From: Macrostomum lignano
Lineage: Eukaryota
Assembly: GCA_002269645.1 (NCBI GenBank)
Contig: NIVC01002239.1
Span: 1 to 64,000, forward strand
Length of the DNA stretch: 64,000 bases
Direction: 5' to 3'
The number at the start of each line of letters is the position of its first letter. Position 1 is the first letter of the stretch. The notes under the pieces are model-generated. The model was not told the origin of the DNA and did no database searches. It saw nothing but the letters and a program-made list of their open reading frames with translations. A program made the translations under genes and the position numbers. Positions 12,901-24,646 of this stretch are shown one piece after another.

Positions 12901-13251
12901 GTATAGAGAGGTCACGCCAGCTCAACCACAACAGTCCGGAAGCTATTAACCTGGGTCACGCCAGCTCAACCACAACAGTCTCAGAAGCTATTAACCGGGT
13001 TCAAGCCAGGTCAACCCGAGTGCCTCACCCGGCATGATCAGCATTCCAGCGGCATCGATGACGCGAACTCCGCCGGGAGTGAGCAGGCCGGTGCCAACCT
13101 GCTTGATGACGCCGCCCTCCACATAGACGTCGGCCTCCTGAATGCCGTCATCGTTCACCACTTTGCCGCCCTTGATTAGCAGGCGGTTCTGCGACGACTG
13201 CACGTGATGGCCGAGCTTGTTGACTCCGATTTGGACTTTGGCGTCGTTCAT
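6906..13251 (-). CDS. DPYS: Dihydropyrimidinase (amidohydrolase, DHP/CRMP family), 595 aa, 5 exons
   Basis: Exons 13251-13029, 12692-12286, 9642-9379, 8821-8445 and 7422-6906 total 1788 nt, all GT-AG and phase-compatible. Motifs: [78 protein letters not shown]-terminal PPGG. The metal ligands and carbamylated Lys are present, which favours an enzyme over a CRMP. Confidence 0.95.
7505..8420. repeat. 39-bp minisatellite in DPYS intron 4
   Basis: Unit AATATGGAAAATCCTCAATGGAAAATCCCCAACTTGCAC; gives 13-aa repeat pseudo-ORFs. Confidence 0.95.
8840..9205. repeat. 31-bp minisatellite in DPYS intron 3
   Basis: Unit TGAGATGCCAGTTGGCTCAATGGGGAGTTGC, about 11 copies. Confidence 0.95.
9775..12180. repeat. 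20-bp purine-rich minisatellite in DPYS intron 2
   Basis: Unit GGGAGATRGAGACGGAGASA / GGGAGATRGAGACGAAAACA, about 120 copies. Confidence 0.95.
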
Positions 13252-16200
13252 TTTTGTCCGCTTTATTTGTAGCTTTGAGTATCACAGATCGATAAATAGG
13301 GATGTCAAAATCCGGATTCAGACTGAAATGCGAAATTGATTTTTAATGTTTAGATGAAGGTACGCTCGCAGTTATAGACCTGGCTGAAACCCATACATGC
13401 GCAACATCCGGCGAGGGGCCCAGCCAAGGTAAGTCGCAGAAATTCCCCATCAAAAATAGACTAAAAACTAACTAGATGACGAGGCATTTAGCCTTATAAA
13501 TACAGTCTTCGTTACTCCTGACGGTTACTAAAAAATTACATTGTTAAGGTTTGTTTCATATGTCGCATTTTTCGTTAAGAAGTAGGTCGCGCACGGCTGT
13601 TGTAAACCAGGAGAGTTGCGCATGTATGCTGAAATTATCGATAAAAGACGTGACAGACAGACATTGGTATCGACATACAGACAGACACTAAGACAAACAG
13701 ACAGAGGATAGGACAGACCAACAAGTGCTGCTTGCTGCCAGCGCAGTGTAGAGTAAACTGATTGAAATCAGCAACAGTCTCGCAGGCACAAATAATGCCA
13801 GAAATGCAATTGCAAAGGCCCTGCACACTGCAAGCACGTAATCAAGATCTAAGACTGCACAATATAAGTATAAACAGACCCTGCAAACAGGCTCCAGGCC
13901 TCAAGACCTGTAGGCCTGCTTCATGTCACAGTTCTGTGATTCTGTTGCATAGCAAGTTCTTATCTTTTGTCTTGGGTTTACCACCATAAATACAAGCACT
14001 TTTAATACTGGCATGATTGCTTGTAAAAAATCTTATAACACAATGTGTACATTTGCCAAATTTTTTTAAAATTAAGCTTTTAAAAATTTGTAATTCTTTG
14101 GTGGTCATGCATATCTTTTTTATGAAAAATTTGAATTACAAGTAGGTCAAATATTTGAGAATTGATGTTTCTTAATGCTTTCAATGGGCATTCTATTTGA
14201 ATTTTGTATACATTTGTGTTGTGTTTGTTTAGTTCAATAATTTAAGTCTCTCCTTGGCCAATGCACAATATAGAATGTACATTATCAATAAAAGTTAAGG
14301 GGTTTTATGAACCTTTGCCTAGGCTGGCAATTTGTAGTGTTGATTGAGTTTTATTATTAATAGGTCAGATAGACACTATAGAAAAGAGGGAAGTTATAAA
14401 GCTAGCCTAAAATGCAATATGCGAATGAAACAAGCATTTTCAACCTTTTAAATTGCTTTGATCTTGTTTGTATTATTTTATAATATAGAGAAAGCAGATG
14501 TGACATAGAGATGTCACAAGTACATTTGCATATGTGTTTATAGGGAATTTTATATAGTTACTAACAAAACATAATTTTAGGCTATCAGAAGACTGCAAAG
14601 ATCATTTTGCATTAGAGTTAGATGCTTATCTAATATGATTAGGCATAGGGGCCTATTTATCCTTGCATTCTTACAAACTTTAAAAAACTTACTACTTAGC
14701 AATGTCTTATTTTTCTGCATGAAGTAATTTTGGCATCAAATTTTAAACAAACAAACTAAAAAAGTTTGTAAAAATATAGTTCATACATTGTCTTCTTAAT
14801 GTTGGAAAGTCTTAAATTTTGCATATTGAACTTTAAAGACTTGAATGGCTTAATGATCCTTTAATATACTCATTTTCTAAGTTTGTTAAAAAAACTCCGT
14901 GTCAAAATAATAAAAAAACAGAAACTAGGACATTGTCAAAAACTCTAATATTGTTAGTTGCTTCCTATAGACTTTTTGTAGCTTAAATAGTCCTTCTAGA
15001 AGCTAATGACTCTAAAACATTTTTGCCATTGATTAAAAATTTAACTTGGTATGCTTTCTTTTAAATTTGAGCAACTTAACTATAGCATAGTTTTGTGCTT
15101 CATTGTGAAATTACAATTGATTTGAGTCACATAAGAAATAAATGTCAATCAAATGATTAAAAAAGCAAGGTTAAGAAAATATATAAAATTTAAATGTTGC
15201 TCATTTCTTTTTTTATTTTTAGTTCATAATTGTAGTCTAATCATTAAATTAGATTTCATATAGTTCTTTGACTGTTAATTTTTATTAAGTATCAACAAAT
15301 AATTACTAGATATTTTGTTATTGTTTGCATGGTGTAGTCCTACACTACACTACATATATTAAAATTAAAAAAGACTATTCTTGATGGACAGTTAGCAATC
15401 CATCTATGTATTATCTATCGAAATTATCTAGCTTATCTAGATTTTAGTATCTAATATTAGTATAATTACAAAACAACGATTTTATACATTCTCTGCTCTA
15501 GATTTTAGTCATGGTGGTTAGAAGTCAAAATTTAGATTTGCAATTGTTTACTTAGTAACCCATATCATTTATAAAGTTGCTCTTTGTATACGCTTCGTGT
15601 CGCGCAACGCACGATAATATTTTGTTTTGAGTGAGTATTAACGACGTCTGTGAATACAAATTTGCAAAAAAATATGTTGGCAATCATTTTTTATAAACGG
15701 CGGTAATAATCTCTAAATTTTAAAAATCAGGACGAATTTTTGCGTTAAAAAATGTGTGCGTAAATAATAAGTTCATCAAAACAAAACTATATTCTTTTTG
15801 ACTGTCAAGCTTGCTTTTCTTTATCAGTTGATTTTTGAAAATATTGATAATCTATAAAACATTTGTATACAGGATGATAAATTCAATTACTAATAAAGCA
15901 AAGTGACGAACACGGACGTCTTACCATGTTGATTATTGCTTAAATCATATTTGAGTATATTAATTATTGAGGACGGAATTTATGCACCTTCCCAAGCTCC
16001 TTCTAATGTACTTTACTGCCTACTGCCAGTGGTAATGTCATTTTCTTCTTCCTCGATTTTGTTCCCCATTACCATTATTAATTCCTTCCTTTGTTCAGGC
16101 GCCAATCTAGTTGGCGCCAGATGATATGGGAGAATCACATGACTGACAGATTTTGCTCGTCTGTAGGGTCAAACCATGCTTATAATACGAGATAGGGGCG

Positions 16201-16913
16201 CATCGCTGCGAGATAGACTGCAGTTCCAAAGCGACTCCTCCATATACTATAGCAATCAAGCAATCAAAGACTGAAAGATAATCTAAAAAAGTAAACTTCG
16301 GCGTTCGTCTAAAATAGATATTTATAAAAGTTGATACGGAAAGTTGATTACCCTTAAGCTCCCCACGTCAGAATCATATCATATTTCTAAATTATACATG
16401 TACATGTAGGTCAGTTTATTGGCTCAATAAGCAGCCTCTTTGTCGACAGGCAGTTAAATTATGGGGGGGGGATCAGCCATAATTTATAACGCGTACGACA
16501 AAAAGTACATTCAAAGAAAGAATTAGATCATAAATAAGATCAAAAAGCTTTTCCCAGAATCTCTAGTGTAGCAGCAGTTAAAATACCAATAAATCTCTAT
16601 ATCTATATGCTAAAATGAACCTTATTTACAATAGAAGATTCAGGAAGGAGAGAACAGCGGCCAGTGCATGAGTTTAGGAGAAGCCGGCAACGTCTCAAAG
16701 CGGCACTAAGTGGATTTCTTTGTTCGGAAAAGGTGAGAAATTCCAATGATTGCTTTTCACTCAAAGCTTGGAGTGTTGCTGTGGCAACCAAACTAACTGG
16801 CAAAGAAGCTTATAATCACACTGCGCACACATAGGAAATATGCATTAGGTTGGCTCAGACGAGCTTGCTTTCTACCAAGGAGCATAAGGAGGGACTACCA
16901 AACCTCTTGAGTC

Positions 16914-18851
16914 ATGCTACTTCACTCGGAAGCTCTGTACTCTCTGCTGCTGCTGCTGCTGTTCCTGTCTGCCCGCCTGCCTGCAGCTGACGGCCTCGAA
17001 AACTCGCGCGCCTGGCTGAGGGGTTTCGACAACCTCAGCGACTACGAGGAGACGTCAAACCGAACACCTGTATACTCGATAAAACTTTGCCTGTTTGACG
17101 CCTCCGAGGCAGCTCACCTGGTCACCTACAATGAGACTGACAGAACCTGCAAGGAGTTTCGGTGTCGACTGGGTCTGCCGAACTGCCGAAAGTGCCGCAG
17201 CTTGTCACTGGGCGGCTCGGGCGCGAACAATGTCACGGAGGTCTAGGTGAGTTGAAGCCTTTACCGACTGTTTCAACTTTAATCTCGAGAAAGTTTGGCG
17301 CAGATCTTCATTTAGAAATCGCTTTCCTGTCTTGACAATCAAGTGAGCCAGAAGACTTCATTGTACAGTTTTTTTAACACCGCAGACCCCGAAGCCCTTC
17401 GCCGACCAGTGCTGGATCACGGTGCAGCACCGAGTGTCCGACTCCGTGGACTTCAACCGCAGCTGGGCCGAATACAAGGCCGGCTTTGGCGAGGGACCGG
17501 CTGGCAACTTCTGGATCGGTGCGAACTGTTCTTGCTGCACTGCTGCTTGTTTGCCTTTCCCTCTTAATGTGTCTCAAACTTGTCTATGGTTGAGATGCTT
17601 TTGAAGTATAGCGTCGTCATAATTGAGATACGTCTTCTATATATGATGTTCGTGAAATAGTCCAAATTTCTATGGTGATGTCAGTTTGTTAGTCTATGGT
17701 GATGTCAGTTGTTAGTCTATGGTGATGTCAGTTGTTAGTCTATGGTGATGTCAGTTGTTATTCTATGGTGATGTCAGTTGTTAGTCTATGGTGATGTCAG
17801 TTGTTAGTCTATGGTGATGTCAGTTGTTAGTCTATGGTGATGTCAGTTGTTAGTCTATGGTGATGTCAGTTGTTAGTCTATGGTGATGTCAGTTGTTGGT
17901 CTATGGTGATGTCAGTTGTTAGTCTATGGTGATGTCAGTTGTTAGTCTATGGTGATGTCAGTTGTTAGTCTATGGTGATGTCAGTTGTTAGTCTATGGTG
18001 ATGTCAGTTGTTAGTCTATGGTGATGTCAGTTGTTAGTCTATGGTGATGTCAGTTGTTAGTCTATGGTGATGTCCGTTGTTAGTCTATGGTGATGTCAGT
18101 TGTTAGTCTATGGTGATGTCCGTTGTTAGTCTATGGTGATGTCAGTTGTTAGTCTATGGTGATGTCAGTTGTTAGTCTATGGTGATGTCAGTTGTTAGTC
18201 TATGGTGATGTCAGTTGTTAGTCTATGGTGATGTCAGTTGTTGGTCTATGGTGATGTCAGTTGTTAGTCTATGGTGATGTCAGTTGTTAGTCTATGGTGA
18301 TGTCAGTTATTAGTCTATGGTGATGTCAGTTGTTAGTCTATGATGATAGACACGCTGAGCACAGCCGCTCCACTTAAAAGACTCGCACTCCAACATTATG
18401 CCTGTTAACAGGACTGGAGCAGCTGCACTCTCTCACCAACTCAAGCACTCAGTCGCGAAAGCTTCGAATTCTGATGAAGTCGTGGAACAGCACCGAGTTC
18501 TGGGCCGAATACTCCAACTTCAAGGTGGGCCCGGAGTCCGGCAAATACAAGATCAGCTTTTCCAGCTCTTACTCAAAAAGCCACTCAACAATTGGAAACT
18601 CGATGTCTGTCGCTAATGGCCAGCTGTTCTCCGCCAGGGACGCCAACAATGACGAATGCAGCAACAGAAACTTCAACTGCGCAGCCCACTACAACGGCTG
18701 GTGGTTCAGCTGCTGCTCCAATATCTTTCCGAATGGGCAGTTCTTCAACTATCCGACTGCTCTGAGCGCTCCGGACTGGAAAGGCATCGTGTGGCGCTAC
18801 GGATTCGGGCCAGCGTACTCGCTGATGGAGATAGAGATTCTCATCGCCTGA
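16914..18851 (+). CDS. Secreted fibrinogen C-terminal domain (FReD, ficolin/tenascin-like) protein with a Cys-containing N-terminal region
   Basis: Hydrophobic signal peptide; exons 16914-17240, 17386-17518 and 18412-18851. FReD motifs: [27 protein letters not shown]|[40 protein letters not shown]. The exon 1 donor is ambiguous (see findings). Confidence 0.85.
17670..18343. repeat. 23-bp minisatellite in FReD intron 2
   Basis: Unit TAGTCTATGGTGATGTCAGTTGT, about 29 copies. Confidence 0.95.
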
Positions 18852-18865
18852 GTTGTACCGCTGAG

Positions 18866-19380
<515 letters not shown>

Positions 19381-19385
<5 letters not shown>

Positions 19386-21789
19386 TAGATCAAGTAGGCG
19401 GAACCGACTTTCTTATCATAAGCTTTATGCACCCAGTTTTGACCATAGATATCTGTTTGAAAACCCCAAGCGCAAAGCCCCGGAATCAAGTCATCCTTGC
19501 CACGAAATGGCACCAATTCAAATTCGCGTATATATTGAAACCTTCCTTCGTTTCCTTGTGCGAAAATGGCAAACACTGTGGCCCGATGGGGCGTTTTCCT
19601 TGTGCTCCCGGGAGGCAAAGCTACGACACGAGACAAAGGGAGTGAGCATCGGTGGAATGCATCTTGATTTCCTGAGCAGCAGTCCAGATGCTAGCTAGAG
19701 AAGTCCATGATTTCTTCATACATAAGCACAAGTAGCCAAGTCCTTCTCTGCTCCATACTGTCAACATCATTAATAATTCCGTTTAAGGTTTCTGCAAAAT
19801 AAAAGCACTGCAGGTGATCCGTGCATGCAGAATTCATAGCAAAATTTACACTGCAGTCTCATGATGTAGCTCGTAGCAAAGAAGAGAGAGTATGGCTGTT
19901 TTCCTTGTGAAATCATTGATTTATCCCAACGAATGTATGAATAGAAATTTATTTTTTCAAAGAGAGTTTCAGCCTTGGTGGCAAAATTCACTTGGTTAGT
20001 AAAACAGCGTCTAAGAGGTTCGCGGGTGAACATCTGATATTTTAATTTCAAGAATCTTACCATAGAGACCTGAGTGGAATGGAGACGCTTTCATAAGATG
20101 TCCTGTGTTTGCACGTCGTGTTTGCTTAAAAAGCAGAACCGATTTCTTTGCCACGAACCAGCCAGCAGAAAGTTCAACTAAGGGAGACATTAGAAGCAGT
20201 GTTCTACCGGTATGGCGTGCTCCCATAGCAACCTGCATGCGCTCAGCCTCCAAAAGGCAGGAAGTCCTGTTCGACAACGTCAAAATTAAAGAAGCAGCTT
20301 GCATTGGCTAAACTCACTCGTGTAACCACGCCATAGAGAAAGACCGTCAAAGACTCTACTTAAAGGGGGCCATGGTTTGCTTGTTTTCCTTTAGGATGCT
20401 CATTTTGGCAATGACAGGGTCGTGGACAGCTGTACGCTCTCAGCAACGAAGTTTTTCGTCCTTAGCAACCAACTAATTTTCAAATAAGCTTTATTCCTCA
20501 TCGCATATTGCGGCTTCCTACATTAGACTTCTTTCCTTCTCTGCCAGACTCTTTCTCCATAATGTATTCTCTCGCTATTTTGTCCCACATTGCTTCGGGA
20601 TGTTAGACTAGCTGCGACGATGTTGTTTGATGTGAAATTGATAGAAAAAAGGTACCTACGAGGAACAGTTTTCATGGAATTACTTTTAAAGTGGTTTAAG
20701 CAATAGGCATATACTACTGTTGAAGTGGTTACTTGCATCGCCATTCCGCGAAAAAGAGTTGCGGCAAGAAAACTCTCTGGCTTTCTGGCTTCGCAGAAAT
20801 TCACAATATGAAGAACTACCAATAAGTGCAGTTCTGTAAAGCCGAGAGATTTCATGGGCTTCGGTTGCAGTCAGGCTGGCGAGGAAGCTAAGAAACCGTT
20901 TCTAACTCGGCCTTCCTGCTCAAGAAAGAGAATTTTTCCAGCTGTTCGTTAGACAAACACACTTGGCAACATCGGCTGCCGCTGCCAGTCGCCAACGCAA
21001 GTGCGGCATATGGGAACTGGGGGCGTTGCTCAGCGCAATTCGCACATTTCAACAGGTCATTCAAGTCAGTCCAGGCTTGAACCCCATTGAGCATGTTTGG
21101 GAATTCAGCGACGAGTTCAACAGGGTGCATGATTGTGAAGCAATTGTATGAGGGTCTGTCTGATAGTACATGCTATTGTTATTTTGATGTGCTGATGTGG
21201 TGCTTTGGCGAAGATTATCTAGGTATTCTTTATTAGCATTAGGGATAGGGTTGGACTTTAGGTACATGCATGCAGGACACGGAAATTTGGGTAGGACTTC
21301 AAAACTAGCCCTGTTCTTTGTTGGTGTTTTGTCAACCAAAATTTGGTTACTCTTCAACAACTTATACTACTTAAAGTTAGTAGCCTTTAGTCGCTTCGAA
21401 TCCGCTTCGCAAATTGACTAGGTGAGCGCATGATTGGATTACGGGAAGCTTTGTTCAAGCAGTTCTCTACCTGGTAAAGCAGCACTTGCGCTTTCTGCCA
21501 CTTCATTGGAGGCGAATCCATTTAACTCATTTCCTGACCACCCGAACAGAACAGAGAGAAGAACATTTTCTAGCCTATAGCAGCTCCAAGGCTGTTGTCG
21601 GATTTTTCTATTAAAGCTTGGAGTTCTGTTCATCACAGGTTGAGTCACAGGATTGCAAGCACAGAGCTGAACTCAGTCATGAACTGCACTCTGCTGCTGG
21701 GCCTCGCCGTCTGCTGCCTGGCACTGAATAGTCTTGTCCAAGCAATCTCTGCTGATGAGGCTCTTCTAAAAGCAATGGGTCTCAAGTCC
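19381..21789 (+). repeat. Copy 1 of a 2.4-kb direct duplication, ending at the N gap inside exon 1 of channel gene A
   Basis: Colinear with about 22241-24646, with small indels and a few substitutions; contains MNCTLLLGLAVCC...MGLKS from 21679. Confidence 0.92.
21068..21100 (+). mobile_element. Possible Tc1/mariner transposase relic (second copy at 23911-23943)
   Basis: Encodes SPGLNPIEHVW, matching the SPDLNPIExxW motif of Tc1-type DDE transposases; the surrounding context is degenerate. Confidence 0.4.
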
Positions 21790-21872
21790 NNNNNNNNNNN
21801 NNNNNNNNNNNNNNNNNNNNNNNNNNNNNNNNNNNNNNNNNNNNNNNNNNNNNNNNNNNNNNNNNNNNNNNN
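21790..21872. other. Assembly gap (83 N)
   Basis: Run of N. Confidence 1.
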
Positions 21873-22240
<368 letters not shown>

Positions 22241-22245
<5 letters not shown>

Positions 22246-24646
22246 ATAGATCAAGTAGGCGGAACCGACTTCTATCATAAGCTTATGCACCCAGTTTGAC
22301 CATAGATATCTGTTTGAAAACCCCAAGCGCAAAGCCCGGAATCAAGTCATCCTTGCCACGAAATGCACCAATTCAAATTCGCGTATATATTGAAACCTTC
22401 CTTCGTTTCCTTGTGCGAAAATGGCAAACACTGTGGCCCGATGGGGCGTTTTCCTTGTGCTCCCGGAGGCAAAGCTACGACACGAGACAAAGGGAGTGAG
22501 CATCGGTGGAATGCATCTTGATTTCTGAGCAGCAGTCAGATGCTAGCTAGAGAAGTCCATGATTTCTTCATACATACGCACAAGTAGCCAAGTCCTTCCC
22601 TGCTCCATACTGTCAACATCATTAATAATTCCGTTTAAGGTTTCTGCAAAATAAAAGCACTGCAGGTGATCCGTGCATGCAGAATTCATAGCAAAATTTA
22701 CACTGCAGTCTCATGATGTAGCTCGTAGCAAAGAAGAGAGAGTATGGCTGTTTTCCTTGTGAAATCATTGATTTATCCCAACGAATGTATGAATAGAAAT
22801 TTATTTTTTCAAAGAGAGTTTCAGCCTTGGTGGCAAAATTCACTTGGTTAGTAAAACACGTCTAAGAGGTTCGCGGTGAACATCTGATATTTTAATTTCA
22901 AGAATCTTACCATAGAGACCTGAGTGGAATGGAGACGCTTTCATAATGTCCTGTGTTTGCACGTCGTGTTTGCTTAAAAAGCAGAACCGATTTCTTTGCC
23001 ACGAACCAGCCAGCAGAAAGTTCAACTAAGGGAGACATTAGAAGCAGTGTTCTACCGGTATGGCGTGCTCCCATAGCAACCTGCATGCGCTCAGCCTCCA
23101 AAAGGCAGGAAGTCCTGTTCGACAACGTCAAATTAAAGAAGCAGCTTGCATTGGCTAAACTCACTCGTGTAACCACGCCATAGAGAAAGACGTCAAAGAC
23201 TCTACTTAAAGGGGGCCATGGTTTGCTTGTTTTCCTTTAGGATGCTCATTTTGGCAATGACAGGGTCGTGGACAGCTGTACGCTCTCAGCAACGAAGTTT
23301 TTCGTCCTTAGCAACCAACTAATTTTCAAATAAGCTTTATTCCTCATCGCATATTGCGGCTTCCTACATTAGACTTCTTTCCTTCTCTGCCAGACTCTTT
23401 CTCCATAATGTATTCTCTCGCTATTTTGTCCCACATTGCTTCGGGATGTTAGACTAGCTGCGACGATGTTGTTTGATGTGAAATTGATAGAAAAAAGGTA
23501 CCTACGAGGAAAGTTTTCATGGAATTACTTTTAAAGTGGTTTAAGCAATAGGCATATACTACTGTTGAAGTGGTTACTTGCATCGCCATTCCGCGAAAAA
23601 GAGTTGCGGCAAGAAAACTCTCTGGCTTTCTGGCTTCGCAGAAATTCACAATATGAAGAACTACCAATAAGTGCAGTTCTGTAAAGCCGAGAGATTTCAT
23701 GGGACTTCGGTTGCAGTCAGGCTGGCGAGGAAGCTAAGAAACCGTTTCTAACTCGGCCTTCCTGCTCAAGAGAGAATTTTTCCAGCTGTTCGTTAGACAA
23801 ACACACTTGGCAACATCGGCTGCCGCTGCCAGTCGCCAACGCAAGTGCGGCATATGGGAACTGGGGCGTTGCTCAGCGCAATTCGCACATTTCAACAGGT
23901 CATTCAAGTCAGTCCAGGCTTGAACCCCATTGAGCATGTTTGGGAATTCAGCGACGAGTTCAACAGGGTGCATGATTGTGAAGCAATTGTATGAGGGTCT
24001 GTCTGATAGTACATGCTATTGTTATTTTGATGTGCTGATGTGTGTGCTTTGGCGAAGATTATCTAGGTATTCTTTATTAGTTTTTGGCAAAGCATTAGGG
24101 ATAGGGTTGGACTTTAGGTACATGCATGCAGGACACGGAAATTTGGGTAGGACTTCAAAACTAGCCCTGTTCTTTGTTGGTGTTTTGTCAACCAAAATTT
24201 GGTTACTCTTCAACAACTTATACTACTTAAAGTTAGTAGCCTTTAGTCGCTTCGAATCCGCTTCGCAAATTGACTAGGTGAGCGCATGATTGGATTACGG
24301 GAAGCTTTGTTCAAGCAGTTCTCTACCTGGTAAAGCAGCACTTGCGCTTTCTCTGCCACTTCATTGGAGGCGAATCCATTTAACTCATTTCCTGACCACC
24401 CGAACAGAACAGAGAGAAGAACATTTTCTAGCCTATAGCAGCTCAAGGCTGTTGTCGGATTTTTCTATTAAAGCTTGGAGTTCTGTTCATCACAGGTTGA
24501 GTCACAGGATTGCAAGCACAGAGCTGAACTCAGTCATGAACTGCACTCTGCTGCTGGGCCTCGCCGTCTGCTGCCTGGCACTGAATAGTCTTGTCCAAGC
24601 AATCTCTGCTGATGAGGCTCTTCTAAAAGCAATGGGTCTCAAGTCC
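22241..24646 (+). repeat. Copy 2 of the 2.4-kb direct duplication
   Basis: Colinear with 19381-21789 and continues into gene A. Confidence 0.92.

Noticed and set aside
6906-13251. CRMP/UNC-33-type non-enzymatic assignment
   Set aside because: HxH, carbamyl-Lys, both His and Asp ligands are all retained.
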